From contig OZ245046.1 in assembly GCA_965224245.1 (NCBI GenBank), positions 4,288,001-4,352,000 of the forward strand: DNA of 64,000 nucleotides, in the 5' to 3' direction. The DNA is from Candidatus Eiseniibacteriota bacterium (lineage in GTDB: Bacteria > Eisenbacteria > RBG-16-71-46 > CAZAMP01). How positions within the stretch are numbered: the stretch's first letter is position 1; each line of letters begins with the position of its first letter. The notes under the pieces are model-generated. The model was not told the DNA's origin, made no database searches, and worked only from the letters and a program-made list of their open reading frames with translations. This document shows, piece by piece, positions 55,594-64,000 of the stretch. The position numbers and the translations under genes were made by a program.

Positions 55594-58545
55594 ATGACGA
55601 CGCGCGAGCGCTGGGCCGAGATCGAACGCCACCTGGACGAGCTGATCGGGAGCGACCCGCCGGCGCGCGCGGCCGCGCTCGCGAGGCTCGAGGCCGAGGA
55701 TCCCGAGCTCTGCGCCGCGGTCTCCGCGCTCCTCGATGCCGACGATCGGGCCACCGGCGTTCTCGACGAGCCGGTGTCCGCCCTGGCCGACGTCGGCGGG
55801 TCCGACGACGACGAGGAGCTCGCCGAGCCGTCACGGGCTGGAACGGTCGTCGACGCCTACCGGATCGCCGATCAGATCGGGAGCGGCGGCATGGGCGAGG
55901 TCTACCTCGCCGAGCGCGCCGACGGCCAGTTCGAGCAGACGGTCGCGCTGAAGATGATCCGGCGTGGCATGGGCAGTCGTGACAATCGCCGCCGCTTCGT
56001 CCAGGAGCGGCAGATCCTGGCCAGGCTCGTCCATCCGGCGATCACGCGCCTGCTCGACGGTGGCGTGACCGAGCACGGCCAGCCCTATCTGGTGATGGAG
56101 CTCGTGGAGGGTCGCCCGCTGACGCTCTACGCCGAGGAGCACGGCCTGGACGTCCCCGCCCGGCTGGCGCTCTTCGACAAGGTCACCGACGCGGTCGGCT
56201 ACGCGCACCGTCACCTCGTCGTGCACCGCGACCTGAAGCCGTCCAACGTGATGGTGACCGACTCCGGTGACGTCAAGCTCCTCGACTTCGGGATCGCGAA
56301 GCTCGTGGAGGAGGACGACGCCGAGGGGCTCACCCGCGTCGGCACGTTCGTCCTGACCCCCGAGTACGCAGCACCCGAACAGGTGCGCGACGAGCCGATC
56401 ACGACCGCCACCGACGTCTACGCGCTCGGAGTCCTCCTGTACGAGCTCCTGTCCGGAACCCGACCTCACCGCCTCACCGGCACGTCTCGGGCCGAGCTGG
56501 AGAGCGCCATCGTGCAGGCCGAGCCCGAGCCTCTTCCCCCGCACGTGGATCGCGACCTCGCGATGATCGTGTCGCACGCGCTGGCCAAGGAGCCCGAGCG
56601 TCGCTACCCGACGGCCGACGCGCTCCGCGACGACCTCGTCCGCTACCGGGATGGACTCCCGATCACGGCCCGCGCGCCGTCGTTCCGCTACCGCGCGGGC
56701 AAGTTCGTTCGCCGGAACCGGGTGGCGGTCGGGGCGGCGGCGATCGTGTTCGTGGCGATTCTGGCCGGCATGGCGGGCACGATCTGGCAGGCCCAGGCGG
56801 CCCGGCGTGAGGCCGCCCGGGCCACGCTCGTGAAGGATCTTCTCGTGGACGTGTTTCGCGGCGCCGATCCCGACGTCGCAGCCGGCGAGACGATGACGGC
56901 CACCGACGTCCTGCAGCGCGGAATCGAGCGTATCGATGCCCAGCTGGAAGGTGATCCGGTCGTTCGCTCCGAGATGCTGCACACGGTGGGTGTGCTGTTG
57001 ACCGACCTCGGGGACCATCGGGCGGCGTACGATGTCTTGCTGCGGTCGCTGACCCTCCGGCAGCGCCACGGTTTCCCGGATGGACACGGCGAGTGGGAGA
57101 GCCTGGACGCGCTCGCCACCGCCGCGCTGCATCTCGAGCGGTACGACGAGGCCGATTCGCTCTTCCGGACCGCCATCGAGGCCCTGCCGGACGGCGACGA
57201 GGACGTGCGCCGCCCCCGCGCTCTCAACAACCTGGCGGTTCTCCTGGCCCGCACCGGTGACTACGACGCCGCCGAATCGCTCCATCGCGAGTCGATCGCG
57301 CTCGACCAGGCGCGGTACGGTCCGGTAAACGCCGAGGTGGCGACCGACTACTCGAACCTGGCCACGCTGCTCTACGAGACCGGACGTGAGGCCGAATCCG
57401 ATTCGCTCCATCAGGTGGTCCTCGACATGCGCCGGTCGATCTTTGCCGGTGACCACACGAGCCTGGCCGCGAGCCTTCACAACCTGGCCGAGTTGAAGCG
57501 CGCCCTCGGGGACATGGAGGCCGCCGAGTCGATCATCGACGAGACGATCGCGATGAAGCGCCGGCTCTACGAGGGCGATCACCCCAGCCTCGCCAGCAGC
57601 CTGAACGTGCGCGGCAAGATCCTGTACGCGGCGGGCCGCCGGGACGACGCGGAGGAGCAGCTCCGAGAGGTCATCGACATGAACGAGCGCCTCGGGCTCG
57701 GGCACAGCGAGCAGGTCGCGAACGCGTACAACGACCTCGGCATCATCGCCTACCTGCGCGGCGATCTGGCACTCGCGCGTGACCGGTTCGAGCCGGCGAT
57801 GGACCTCTTCGAGGAGATCCTGGGACCCGATCACGCGACGGTGGCCACGATCATGGGCAACGTGGCCACGCTGGAACGCCTGCTGGGCCGCCTCGACTCG
57901 GCCGAGAGGCGCTACCGCGAGGTGCTGGATCTGCACCTCGCGCGCTACGGCGAGGACCATCCCCAGATCGTCATCGACCTGAACAACCTGGGAGTGACCC
58001 TCCGCGCCAGGGGCGACCCGATCGCCGCCACGGAGCTTCATCGACGAGCGCTCGAGGTCGCACGACGAGTCCGGGGTGGAGACGCGTTCTCGGACGTGGC
58101 CTCGTCCCGCGCGTCCCTGGCCTCCGCGCTGATGGAGACGGGAGATCTCGTGGAGGCGGAAGCGCTCTTCCGTGGCGCGATCGCGTTCTACGAGGCCGAG
58201 CTTCCCGAAGGAGACAACCGGACCGTCGGGGCGTGGACCGGCCTCGGTCGCGTGCTCACGCTCGCGGGGCGCGCCACGGAGGCACACGACGTTCTCGAGC
58301 GCGCCCTCTCGGTGTGTCGCGAGCACGAGGGCGAGCGGAGCACGCGGACCGCGCGGGTCATGGTCGGACTCGGGCGCTGTCTGTCGGCGCTCGGTCGGGA
58401 CCGCGACGCGATCGAGATGCTGACCGACGCCAGGAACATCCTGGGGGCCGAGCTGGGCGACGCGCACTACGACGTGCGCGAGGCGGACGTGGCGCTGTCC
58501 GATGCCCGGGACCGCGCCGGACGGATCGCCACCCCCACCGACTGA
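55594..58545 (+). CDS. Membrane Ser/Thr protein kinase with extracytoplasmic TPR array
   Basis: IGSGGMGEVY, VALK, HRDLKPSN, DFGIAK, TPEYAAPEQ, DVYALG. One TM segment, then TPR_10/12-type repeats (A.SL.NLA). Confidence 0.95.
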   Translation: MTTRERWAEIERHLDELIGSDPPARAAALARLEAEDPELCAAVSALLDADDRATGVLDEPVSALADVGGSDDDEELAEPSRAGTVVDAYRIADQIGSGGMGEVYLAERADGQFEQTVALKMIRRGMGSRDNRRRFVQERQILARLVHPAITRLLDGGVTEHGQPYLVMELVEGRPLTLYAEEHGLDVPARLALFDKVTDAVGYAHRHLVVHRDLKPSNVMVTDSGDVKLLDFGIAKLVEEDDAEGLTRVGTFVLTPEYAAPEQVRDEPITTATDVYALGVLLYELLSGTRPHRLTGTSRAELESAIVQAEPEPLPPHVDRDLAMIVSHALAKEPERRYPTADALRDDLVRYRDGLPITARAPSFRYRAGKFVRRNRVAVGAAAIVFVAILAGMAGTIWQAQAARREAARATLVKDLLVDVFRGADPDVAAGETMTATDVLQRGIERIDAQLEGDPVVRSEMLHTVGVLLTDLGDHRAAYDVLLRSLTLRQRHGFPDGHGEWESLDALATAALHLERYDEADSLFRTAIEALPDGDEDVRRPRALNNLAVLLARTGDYDAAESLHRESIALDQARYGPVNAEVATDYSNLATLLYETGREAESDSLHQVVLDMRRSIFAGDHTSLAASLHNLAELKRALGDMEAAESIIDETIAMKRRLYEGDHPSLASSLNVRGKILYAAGRRDDAEEQLREVIDMNERLGLGHSEQVANAYNDLGIIAYLRGDLALARDRFEPAMDLFEEILGPDHATVATIMGNVATLERLLGRLDSAERRYREVLDLHLARYGEDHPQIVIDLNNLGVTLRARGDPIAATELHRRALEVARRVRGGDAFSDVASSRASLASALMETGDLVEAEALFRGAIAFYEAELPEGDNRTVGAWTGLGRVLTLAGRATEAHDVLERALSVCREHEGERSTRTARVMVGLGRCLSALGRDRDAIEMLTDARNILGAELGDAHYDVREADVALSDARDRAGRIATPTD

Positions 58546-58570
58546 CCGTGCGCCGGGCCAGCGCCCCGCG

Positions 58571-60907
58571 TCATCGCATGAGGTCGCGGAGCCGCCGGGA
58601 CGCGCGCGAGCTCATCGACTCGACGATGCGGTGCCAGGCCTCCTCGGCCTCCCGATCGCCCCGGACCGAAGGAGCCAGCTCGGCCAGTACGTGCTCCAGC
58701 GTGCCCGACGAGCCGATCTCGTCGTCGGCGATCTCCAGCGCGTCCATGACGGAGATCACGCCGTCGCGCGACAGCGTCAGCACGAGGTGCGCGAGCGTCC
58801 CGTCCGACTCGACCTCGTTCACGGCCGCGAGCACGGCGGCCCGCGTCTGGTCGTCGTCGGCGCTCTCACGACCGATCGTGTCGATCACGTGAGCGAGCGT
58901 GCTGTCGGATTCGATCTGATCGGAGGCCAGTCGAAGCGCCTCGCCTGGCGAGAGCACACCGCGGTCGACCAGCGTGATCAGGGTCGCGGCCAGCGTCCCG
59001 TCCGACTCGATGGACTCGAGGGCGCCGACGATCGTCGGCCGATCGGCTTCCAGGTCGTCGCTCGTGTCGGCGAGCTGGACGAGAAACGCCGACAGCGTGC
59101 CGTCGGACTCGATGACCTCCCGCGCGGCCCCGGCCGCCGCTTCGGTCGAGATCGCGTCGAGATCGTGGAGTTGTGAGAGGAGGTGTGACAGCGTCCCGTC
59201 GGACTCGATCCGGGCGCGCGCGATCATGACCAGCGCCTCGACGTCGGATGGCGACGGAGAGCCGTCCTCGACGATGGAGATGATCGCGGTGGCCATGAGC
59301 CCGTCGCTGGTCACGCCGTTCAGGTACGAGGAGACCGCGTCCATTCCCTGCTCGCGGTAGACACGGAGCGCGCGCACGTCGGCGTCGAACCTGGTCGCCA
59401 CCAGGGGGGCGATGAACTGCTCCAGCCACCGGTCGGTCTGGCGGGATCGCTCGACGTGCGACCAGCCGCGCGCGCGCCGGGGTCGAACCTCGAAGCGCCA
59501 GAGGATGCCGTCGCGGGTCCCCTCGGCCAGGACGCGCCGGCGAACCCCCGCCGCGTCCCGCTCCTCGAGACCGAGAAACGAACCGGCGGCGATCTCGACG
59601 TCGTCGATGCGACCGTCTCCGAGATAGACGTCTCCATCGAGCTCGAGACCGAGGTCCCAGCGACCGCTCTCGAACTCGATCATCACCCGGTCGTCGTCAC
59701 GCCGATGGCGGCGGGGACCTCGCTGGAGGCGATCGCGATCAATGGGGGTCCAGTCCTCGAACGTGCGCCTGGCGTCGTCCGCGTCGGCGGCCTCGGTCAC
59801 GTCGGCGCCGTCGGAGACGCGTTCACGATCGTCCCGGGACCGATCGCTCGGGTCGGCGCTGGTGGTCATCACGAGCGGGGTCAGCGCGACCGCCACCAGG
59901 AGCGCCAGCGCCACGACCGCCGCGTCGTGCCGCCGAGGTCCGGTGCTCGAGAATCCCAGCACGCGACGGACACGGTGCAGTAGCGGACCTCGGGTCGCGC
60001 CGAGCGCGAGCGCGGACTCCGGCCGGAGCTCGGCCAGCGCGAGCAGCGCGGACGCGTAGCGCTTTCGATCTCCCGTCACGCGAACCGCCATGTCGTCGCA
60101 ACACAGCTCACGCTCCCGCTCGATGACCGAAGCCAGCCACCAGACGCCGGGATGGTAGAAGAGCAACGTGGTCACGATCGACGTGGCGATCTGCACGACG
60201 TAGTCGTACCGCCGCACGTGAGCGAGCTCGTGCGCGAGAACCGCACGTAGCTGATGGGCATCGAGACCGGTCACGGCGGTCACCGGCAGCACGACGACCG
60301 GGCGCAGCCAGCCGGCCGTCATCGCGCCCGCGTTCCGGGTCGACGTCACCAGTCGAACCGCGCGACCGATGCCCATCTCGATCCGGAGGCGTTCGAATTG
60401 ACTTCTCGTCGCGACGTCGACCGGGAGCGACCTGTCGTGAGTCACGGTGCGAACGCGCCGGGCGCCGACGCCCATCCGGGTCGACAGCGCGAGCACGCCC
60501 ACCAGCCAGAGCCCGACCACGAGGGCATGACCGCCCCCGGCGGGGCGCTCCCCGGCGCCGGATCGGCCGAGGATGGAGAGCGACGCGGATCCGCGCTCGG
60601 ACGTCGCGCCGGTCGTCGCCGGACTCGCCGCCCCACCCCCGTCCGCGGAGGGCGCGATGGACCCGGCCGTCCGCGGCGGATCCAGCGTGCCGAGCTCGGC
60701 CACGTACGTGACGATCGGGGCGGTCGCCATGACGAGCAGACCGATGCAGGCGACGGCGTGGCGCACCTCCGGCGAGCGCCGTCGCAGGAGCCAGAGCGCG
60801 GCGCTCACGACCAGCGCGATGATCGTGCCGTGAAGCGTGAAGCGGATCAGCGTGCGCCCGAGGGCATCCACCGCCGGCGCTCCGAGAACGTCGTAGAGGG
60901 GGGTCAT
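58571..60907 (-). CDS. BlaR1/MecR1-like M56 metallopeptidase with C-terminal helical repeat sensor
   Basis: SPEVRH, GWLRPVVVLP, AVLAHELAHVRRYD, FYHP.VW, ERELCCD, YA.ALL.LAE. C-terminal IESDGTL repeats. ATGA overlap with the BlaI-like gene. Confidence 0.92.
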   Translation of the reverse strand: MTPLYDVLGAPAVDALGRTLIRFTLHGTIIALVVSAALWLLRRRSPEVRHAVACIGLLVMATAPIVTYVAELGTLDPPRTAGSIAPSADGGGAASPATTGATSERGSASLSILGRSGAGERPAGGGHALVVGLWLVGVLALSTRMGVGARRVRTVTHDRSLPVDVATRSQFERLRIEMGIGRAVRLVTSTRNAGAMTAGWLRPVVVLPVTAVTGLDAHQLRAVLAHELAHVRRYDYVVQIATSIVTTLLFYHPGVWWLASVIERERELCCDDMAVRVTGDRKRYASALLALAELRPESALALGATRGPLLHRVRRVLGFSSTGPRRHDAAVVALALLVAVALTPLVMTTSADPSDRSRDDRERVSDGADVTEAADADDARRTFEDWTPIDRDRLQRGPRRHRRDDDRVMIEFESGRWDLGLELDGDVYLGDGRIDDVEIAAGSFLGLEERDAAGVRRRVLAEGTRDGILWRFEVRPRRARGWSHVERSRQTDRWLEQFIAPLVATRFDADVRALRVYREQGMDAVSSYLNGVTSDGLMATAIISIVEDGSPSPSDVEALVMIARARIESDGTLSHLLSQLHDLDAISTEAAAGAAREVIESDGTLSAFLVQLADTSDDLEADRPTIVGALESIESDGTLAATLITLVDRGVLSPGEALRLASDQIESDSTLAHVIDTIGRESADDDQTRAAVLAAVNEVESDGTLAHLVLTLSRDGVISVMDALEIADDEIGSSGTLEHVLAELAPSVRGDREAEEAWHRIVESMSSRASRRLRDLMR

Positions 60908-61293
60908 GGCGTCTTCCCTTCGAGGTCGTCGAGGAGACGACGGATCTCGGCCAGCTCCTCGGGGGATACCTTGCGTGTGCTCAGCGCATGAAGCGCCAGC
61001 TGTCCAGCCGCGTCGTCGAACGCGCGGTGCATGAGGTCGCGCACGAGACGCCGCTGCGTGCGGCGGCGCGACGTCGATGCGCGATAGACGTGGGTCCGCT
61101 GCGACTCGTCCCGCTCGACGAGCCCCTTCTCGGTCATGATCTGCATGAGCTTCAGGACGGTGGTGTAGCCCACGTCGCGCTGCGACTGGAGGTGGTCGTG
61201 CACCCGCCGGACGGTGCAGGGTCCGTCGCGCCACAGGACGCGCAGGATCTCGAGCTCGGCGTCGGTCGGTCGGCGGGGCGATTCGCTGGACAT
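60904..61293 (-). CDS. BlaI/MecI/CopY family transcriptional repressor
   Basis: PTDAELEILRVLW..GP.TVR.V, YTTVLKLMQIM.EKGLV.R, S.EEL.EIR.LL. Confidence 0.95.
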   Translation of the reverse strand: MSSESPRRPTDAELEILRVLWRDGPCTVRRVHDHLQSQRDVGYTTVLKLMQIMTEKGLVERDESQRTHVYRASTSRRRTQRRLVRDLMHRAFDDAAGQLALHALSTRKVSPEELAEIRRLLDDLEGKTP

Positions 61294-61456
61294 GGTGCGC
61301 TCCGTGTCGGCTCGGGTCGTCGCGGCGGACCGGGCGAGAGGACGGCTCCACTCCGGGAGTCGCTCGTGCTCGGGGCCACGCTCACGGCCGTGCTCGGGAC
61401 CGCGCGGGATCCGGCTCCGGCCCGCGTGCGGCGCTCGATCTCGGCGTCGGATGTCG

Positions 61457-61498
61457 ATTATACGAACGCTTTCGTAGATGTCAACGAAGAGTTTCGTA
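61457..61498 (-). promoter_or_regulatory. Consensus sigma70 promoter of the blaI-blaR-like operon overlapped by two palindromic operators
   Basis: Minus strand TTGACA (61484-61479), 16-nt spacer, TATAAT (61462-61457). Operators TACGAA-cgct-TTCGTA (61461-61476) and aACGAA-gagt-TTCGTA (61483-61498). Confidence 0.88.
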
Positions 61499-61537
61499 GA
61501 TTGATCCGCCGAGATCGGGGGCGAACGTCCCGGGACG

Positions 61538-64000
61538 CTACTCCCCGTCGTCGATCAGGCCCTGCATGATCTCGAGGTTCGCGCGAGCGAGCTCGTTGGT
61601 CGGGTCGAGCTTCAACGCGGCGGCGAACGCGGCGGCGGCGCCCCGCACGTCGCCGAGGTGGGCCCGCGCGACGCCGAGGTTGTTGTGGCTCTCGGTACGC
61701 CTCGGATCTAGCGCGACCGCTCGCTCCAGCATGGCGACCGCGTCCGCGTAGCGCTCCAGGTCGACGTACAGCGCACCGAGGTCGTACCGGGCGAACTCGG
61801 AGTCTGGACAGAGCGCGACCGCGGACTCGTACAGCTCCACCGCGCTCTCGGGCCGACCCCGGCGGTAGGCGGCGCGCCCGATCGTGCTCAGGAAGTCCGC
61901 CGTCAGTCCGCACGGAACGTCGTCGAGACCGGCGAGAGCGTCGTCCGCCCCGCCGGTCGAGTCCGCGGCGTCGTCGGACGGACGGCCGTAGACGTGAACG
62001 GCCCACCCGTCGTGCTCGCGAGCGTCGAACGTCGCGAGCTCGGTCCAGGTGCTCGCCAGGTGCCGGCGCAGCTCGCTCGCCCGGGGCGCGCTGACCGAGT
62101 CGGGCACGTCCTCGAACTCGCTACTGACCACCGCGTAGTCGACGTCCACGAACCAGCGCGGGTCGTAGAGCGGATCACACGCCGACGGTCCCATGACGTC
62201 GGTCGGGATCGGAACGATGATCAGCCTCAGATCACCCAGGTCGCGGTACCAGTCCTTGGCGCGCTGTGCGCCCTCGATGACGACGGACGGCGCGGGGATG
62301 GCGTTCGCGCGGAACCACCGTCGGGCCGCCACGTCGGGGTCGATGCGCGCGCCCTCACTCATGACGCCGACCACCCGGAACAGGACGACCGCCAGCCCCA
62401 TCGCGGCAACGCCGACCGCCACCCGACGCAGCCGCCGGGAGGGTCGTGGAAACACATCGGGCCGGACCCACGGCTGCGCCGGTCCGAACACCCCGAATGC
62501 GATCGAGACGACCATCCAGGGGACGAGGGGCGTCACGTAGCGCGCTTGCATCGTGTGCGAGAGCGCGGTGGCCGCCCCGAAGGCCAGCGCGAACGCGAAC
62601 GTCGCCACACCGAACGTGCGAACGCGATCCCGTACACGCAGCCGCGAGCGCGCCAGCGCAGCCCCCGCGAGCACGAAGCCGATCAGCCACTCCAGACGCA
62701 GCACCCACCGCATGCTCGGCGCCAGCGCGAACACCACGTCGCCGTGAGGGGGACCCCAGTGCAACGTCTCCTCGCCCGGCCAGAAGTCGTCGAGCACGGG
62801 GTCGGCGCGCTTGCGCATCTGATAGCGTCCACCGTTCATCAGCTTTCCGGTCGTGAACACGCGCACGAGGCTGTCGAGATAGTAGTCCCGCAGGTAGGAA
62901 ACCGGATGCTCGGCGATCCACGACCGCGCGAACGTGCGCAGGAGCTCGTTCACGAGGACGTACGCGTGATGGTACGGCTGATCCTGTCCGCGACCGTAGC
63001 CGTACGGGTTGTCGTATCGCGCGAAGAGACGGCTGGCCGTCGTGTGCCACGACGGCGACTCCTCGCGGTATCGCCGCACGAACTCGTCGGCGGCATCGCC
63101 TCCACCGCGAAGCGGATGGAAGAACGCCCACAGGAGCCGCTTGCCCGGCGAGTCGCTCGACCACCGGTGCCAGTCGGCGTCGTTCTCGGAGAGCATGTCG
63201 GGCGGGAACGTCGCGTAGTACTCGGTCAGGAGCCGGAGCTCGGGATCCTCGACGTCGTCGCCGTCACCGGGGCGGACGGAGATGATCGGACCGATGTTGC
63301 CGGCGAACGTCCAGCCGTCGAACGTCGTCATGCGGAAGACGCCGTACTCCCGCTCGACCTGTCCGCACAGCCAGGCCACGAGCGCCACCGTGGGAATCGC
63401 GACGGCCGCCACGCGGGCCAGCCGCCCGGGTCCTCCGTACACGATGCAGGCGACCACGAGGGCGGCCGGAAGCGCCAGCCCGACGAAGCGCAGCGCGAGC
63501 GCGACCAGGGACGCGCCGATGCCCACCGAGAGCCACATCCACCGGCTCGGCTCGCGTTCGGCGCACACGTGTCCGATCGTCGCGGCGAGGGCGAGCGTGG
63601 ATGCCGCGATGAACAGCCCGTCGGACAGGAGGTGGTGATCGAGGAACAGCGTCAGCGGATCCAGCGCGATGCAGAGCATCGTGCCGAGAACCGCCCAGCG
63701 CGGCCAGCGCACGTAGCGCCGCAGCACCTCGCCCAGCACCTGAACCGACAGGGCACGCAGGGTGGCCTGCAGGAGCACGGTGGTCAACGGTCCGCCGAGG
63801 AGCCGGGCCAGGGCCAGGAAGTACGAGTAGCCGATCGGTTTGTACGGGTTGGGGCGAAGCGTCTCCGCCGCCCAGATGTACTCGCCGGTATCGCTGACGA
63901 TGTACGGATCGGGGTAGAAGACGGACTGGATCCCCTTGACGCAGGCGAGGATCACCCAGAACGGCAGGAAGTACCGGACGAACGAGGAGATCGCGTCACG
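61538..64000 (-). CDS. Polytopic membrane protein (GT-C glycosyltransferase-like) with C-terminal TPRs, 5'-truncated at window edge
   Basis: Frame is open to nt 64000. SD..EY, KPIGYS.FL, ..LLSD.LF, RY..P motifs among many TM segments. C-terminal TPRs (A.Y.LG..Y; HNNLGVA). Confidence 0.7.
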   Translation of the reverse strand, partial: RDAISSFVRYFLPFWVILACVKGIQSVFYPDPYIVSDTGEYIWAAETLRPNPYKPIGYSYFLALARLLGGPLTTVLLQATLRALSVQVLGEVLRRYVRWPRWAVLGTMLCIALDPLTLFLDHHLLSDGLFIAASTLALAATIGHVCAEREPSRWMWLSVGIGASLVALALRFVGLALPAALVVACIVYGGPGRLARVAAVAIPTVALVAWLCGQVEREYGVFRMTTFDGWTFAGNIGPIISVRPGDGDDVEDPELRLLTEYYATFPPDMLSENDADWHRWSSDSPGKRLLWAFFHPLRGGGDAADEFVRRYREESPSWHTTASRLFARYDNPYGYGRGQDQPYHHAYVLVNELLRTFARSWIAEHPVSYLRDYYLDSLVRVFTTGKLMNGGRYQMRKRADPVLDDFWPGEETLHWGPPHGDVVFALAPSMRWVLRLEWLIGFVLAGAALARSRLRVRDRVRTFGVATFAFALAFGAATALSHTMQARYVTPLVPWMVVSIAFGVFGPAQPWVRPDVFPRPSRRLRRVAVGVAAMGLAVVLFRVVGVMSEGARIDPDVAARRWFRANAIPAPSVVIEGAQRAKDWYRDLGDLRLIIVPIPTDVMGPSACDPLYDPRWFVDVDYAVVSSEFEDVPDSVSAPRASELRRHLASTWTELATFDAREHDGWAVHVYGRPSDDAADSTGGADDALAGLDDVPCGLTADFLSTIGRAAYRRGRPESAVELYESAVALCPDSEFARYDLGALYVDLERYADAVAMLERAVALDPRRTESHNNLGVARAHLGDVRGAAAAFAAALKLDPTNELARANLEIMQGLIDDGE

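Overview
GC-rich bacterial chromosomal window with about 40 protein-coding genes. I found no rRNA, tRNA or CRISPR array. FlgD-Ig-type C-terminal domains, a short C-terminal SW-x-x-L motif and a dockerin-like protein suggest an FCB-related candidate phylum such as Eisenbacteria, Krumholzibacteriota or Latescibacterota (inference). From left to right: (1) a compositionally distinct segment (1-3.7 kb) with a 5'-truncated pgm and a convergent, coupled pair made of a 2TM + DUF5919/PLD-like + GmhB-type HAD phosphatase fusion and an LsrK-like FGGY kinase; (2) two M43 metalloprotease paralogues with different C-termini around ridA; (3) a 6xLysM amidase, an RND adaptor and an SSS symporter; (4) a four-gene run encoding a cytokinin-dehydrogenase-like FAD oxidase, an SCP2 protein, a BNR beta-propeller with a histone-H1-like tail and a MoaD/ThiS protein; (5) prs, two dispersed RND permeases, tricorn protease and an MBL hydrolase; (6) a repeat-rich accessory patch (28.2-31.2 kb) with a promoter, a structured leader, a DUF222-like/HNH gene carrying two compensating frameshifts and an IS110 remnant; (7) a beta-propeller, an ASPIC/UnbV protein, an ICMT-family methyltransferase and an orphan arginine deiminase; (8) a hypothetical/Aas-like/Npt-HEAT/cNMP operon; (9) M42 peptidase, HDAC, a lipoprotein, trpS, NfeD-flotillin, LysE and a permuted YpdA-like flavoprotein-polyferredoxin fusion; (10) an ECF sigma plus Ser/Thr kinase pair, a BlaI-BlaR1-like pair with a clear promoter and twin operators, and a 5'-truncated GT-C-like/TPR gene. 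The best candidates for undescribed systems are the sensor-phosphatase/kinase pair, the HNH locus with its structured leader, and the oxidase-SCP2-propeller(H1 tail)-Ubl run. All family assignments come from motif recognition by eye; no database searches were run.
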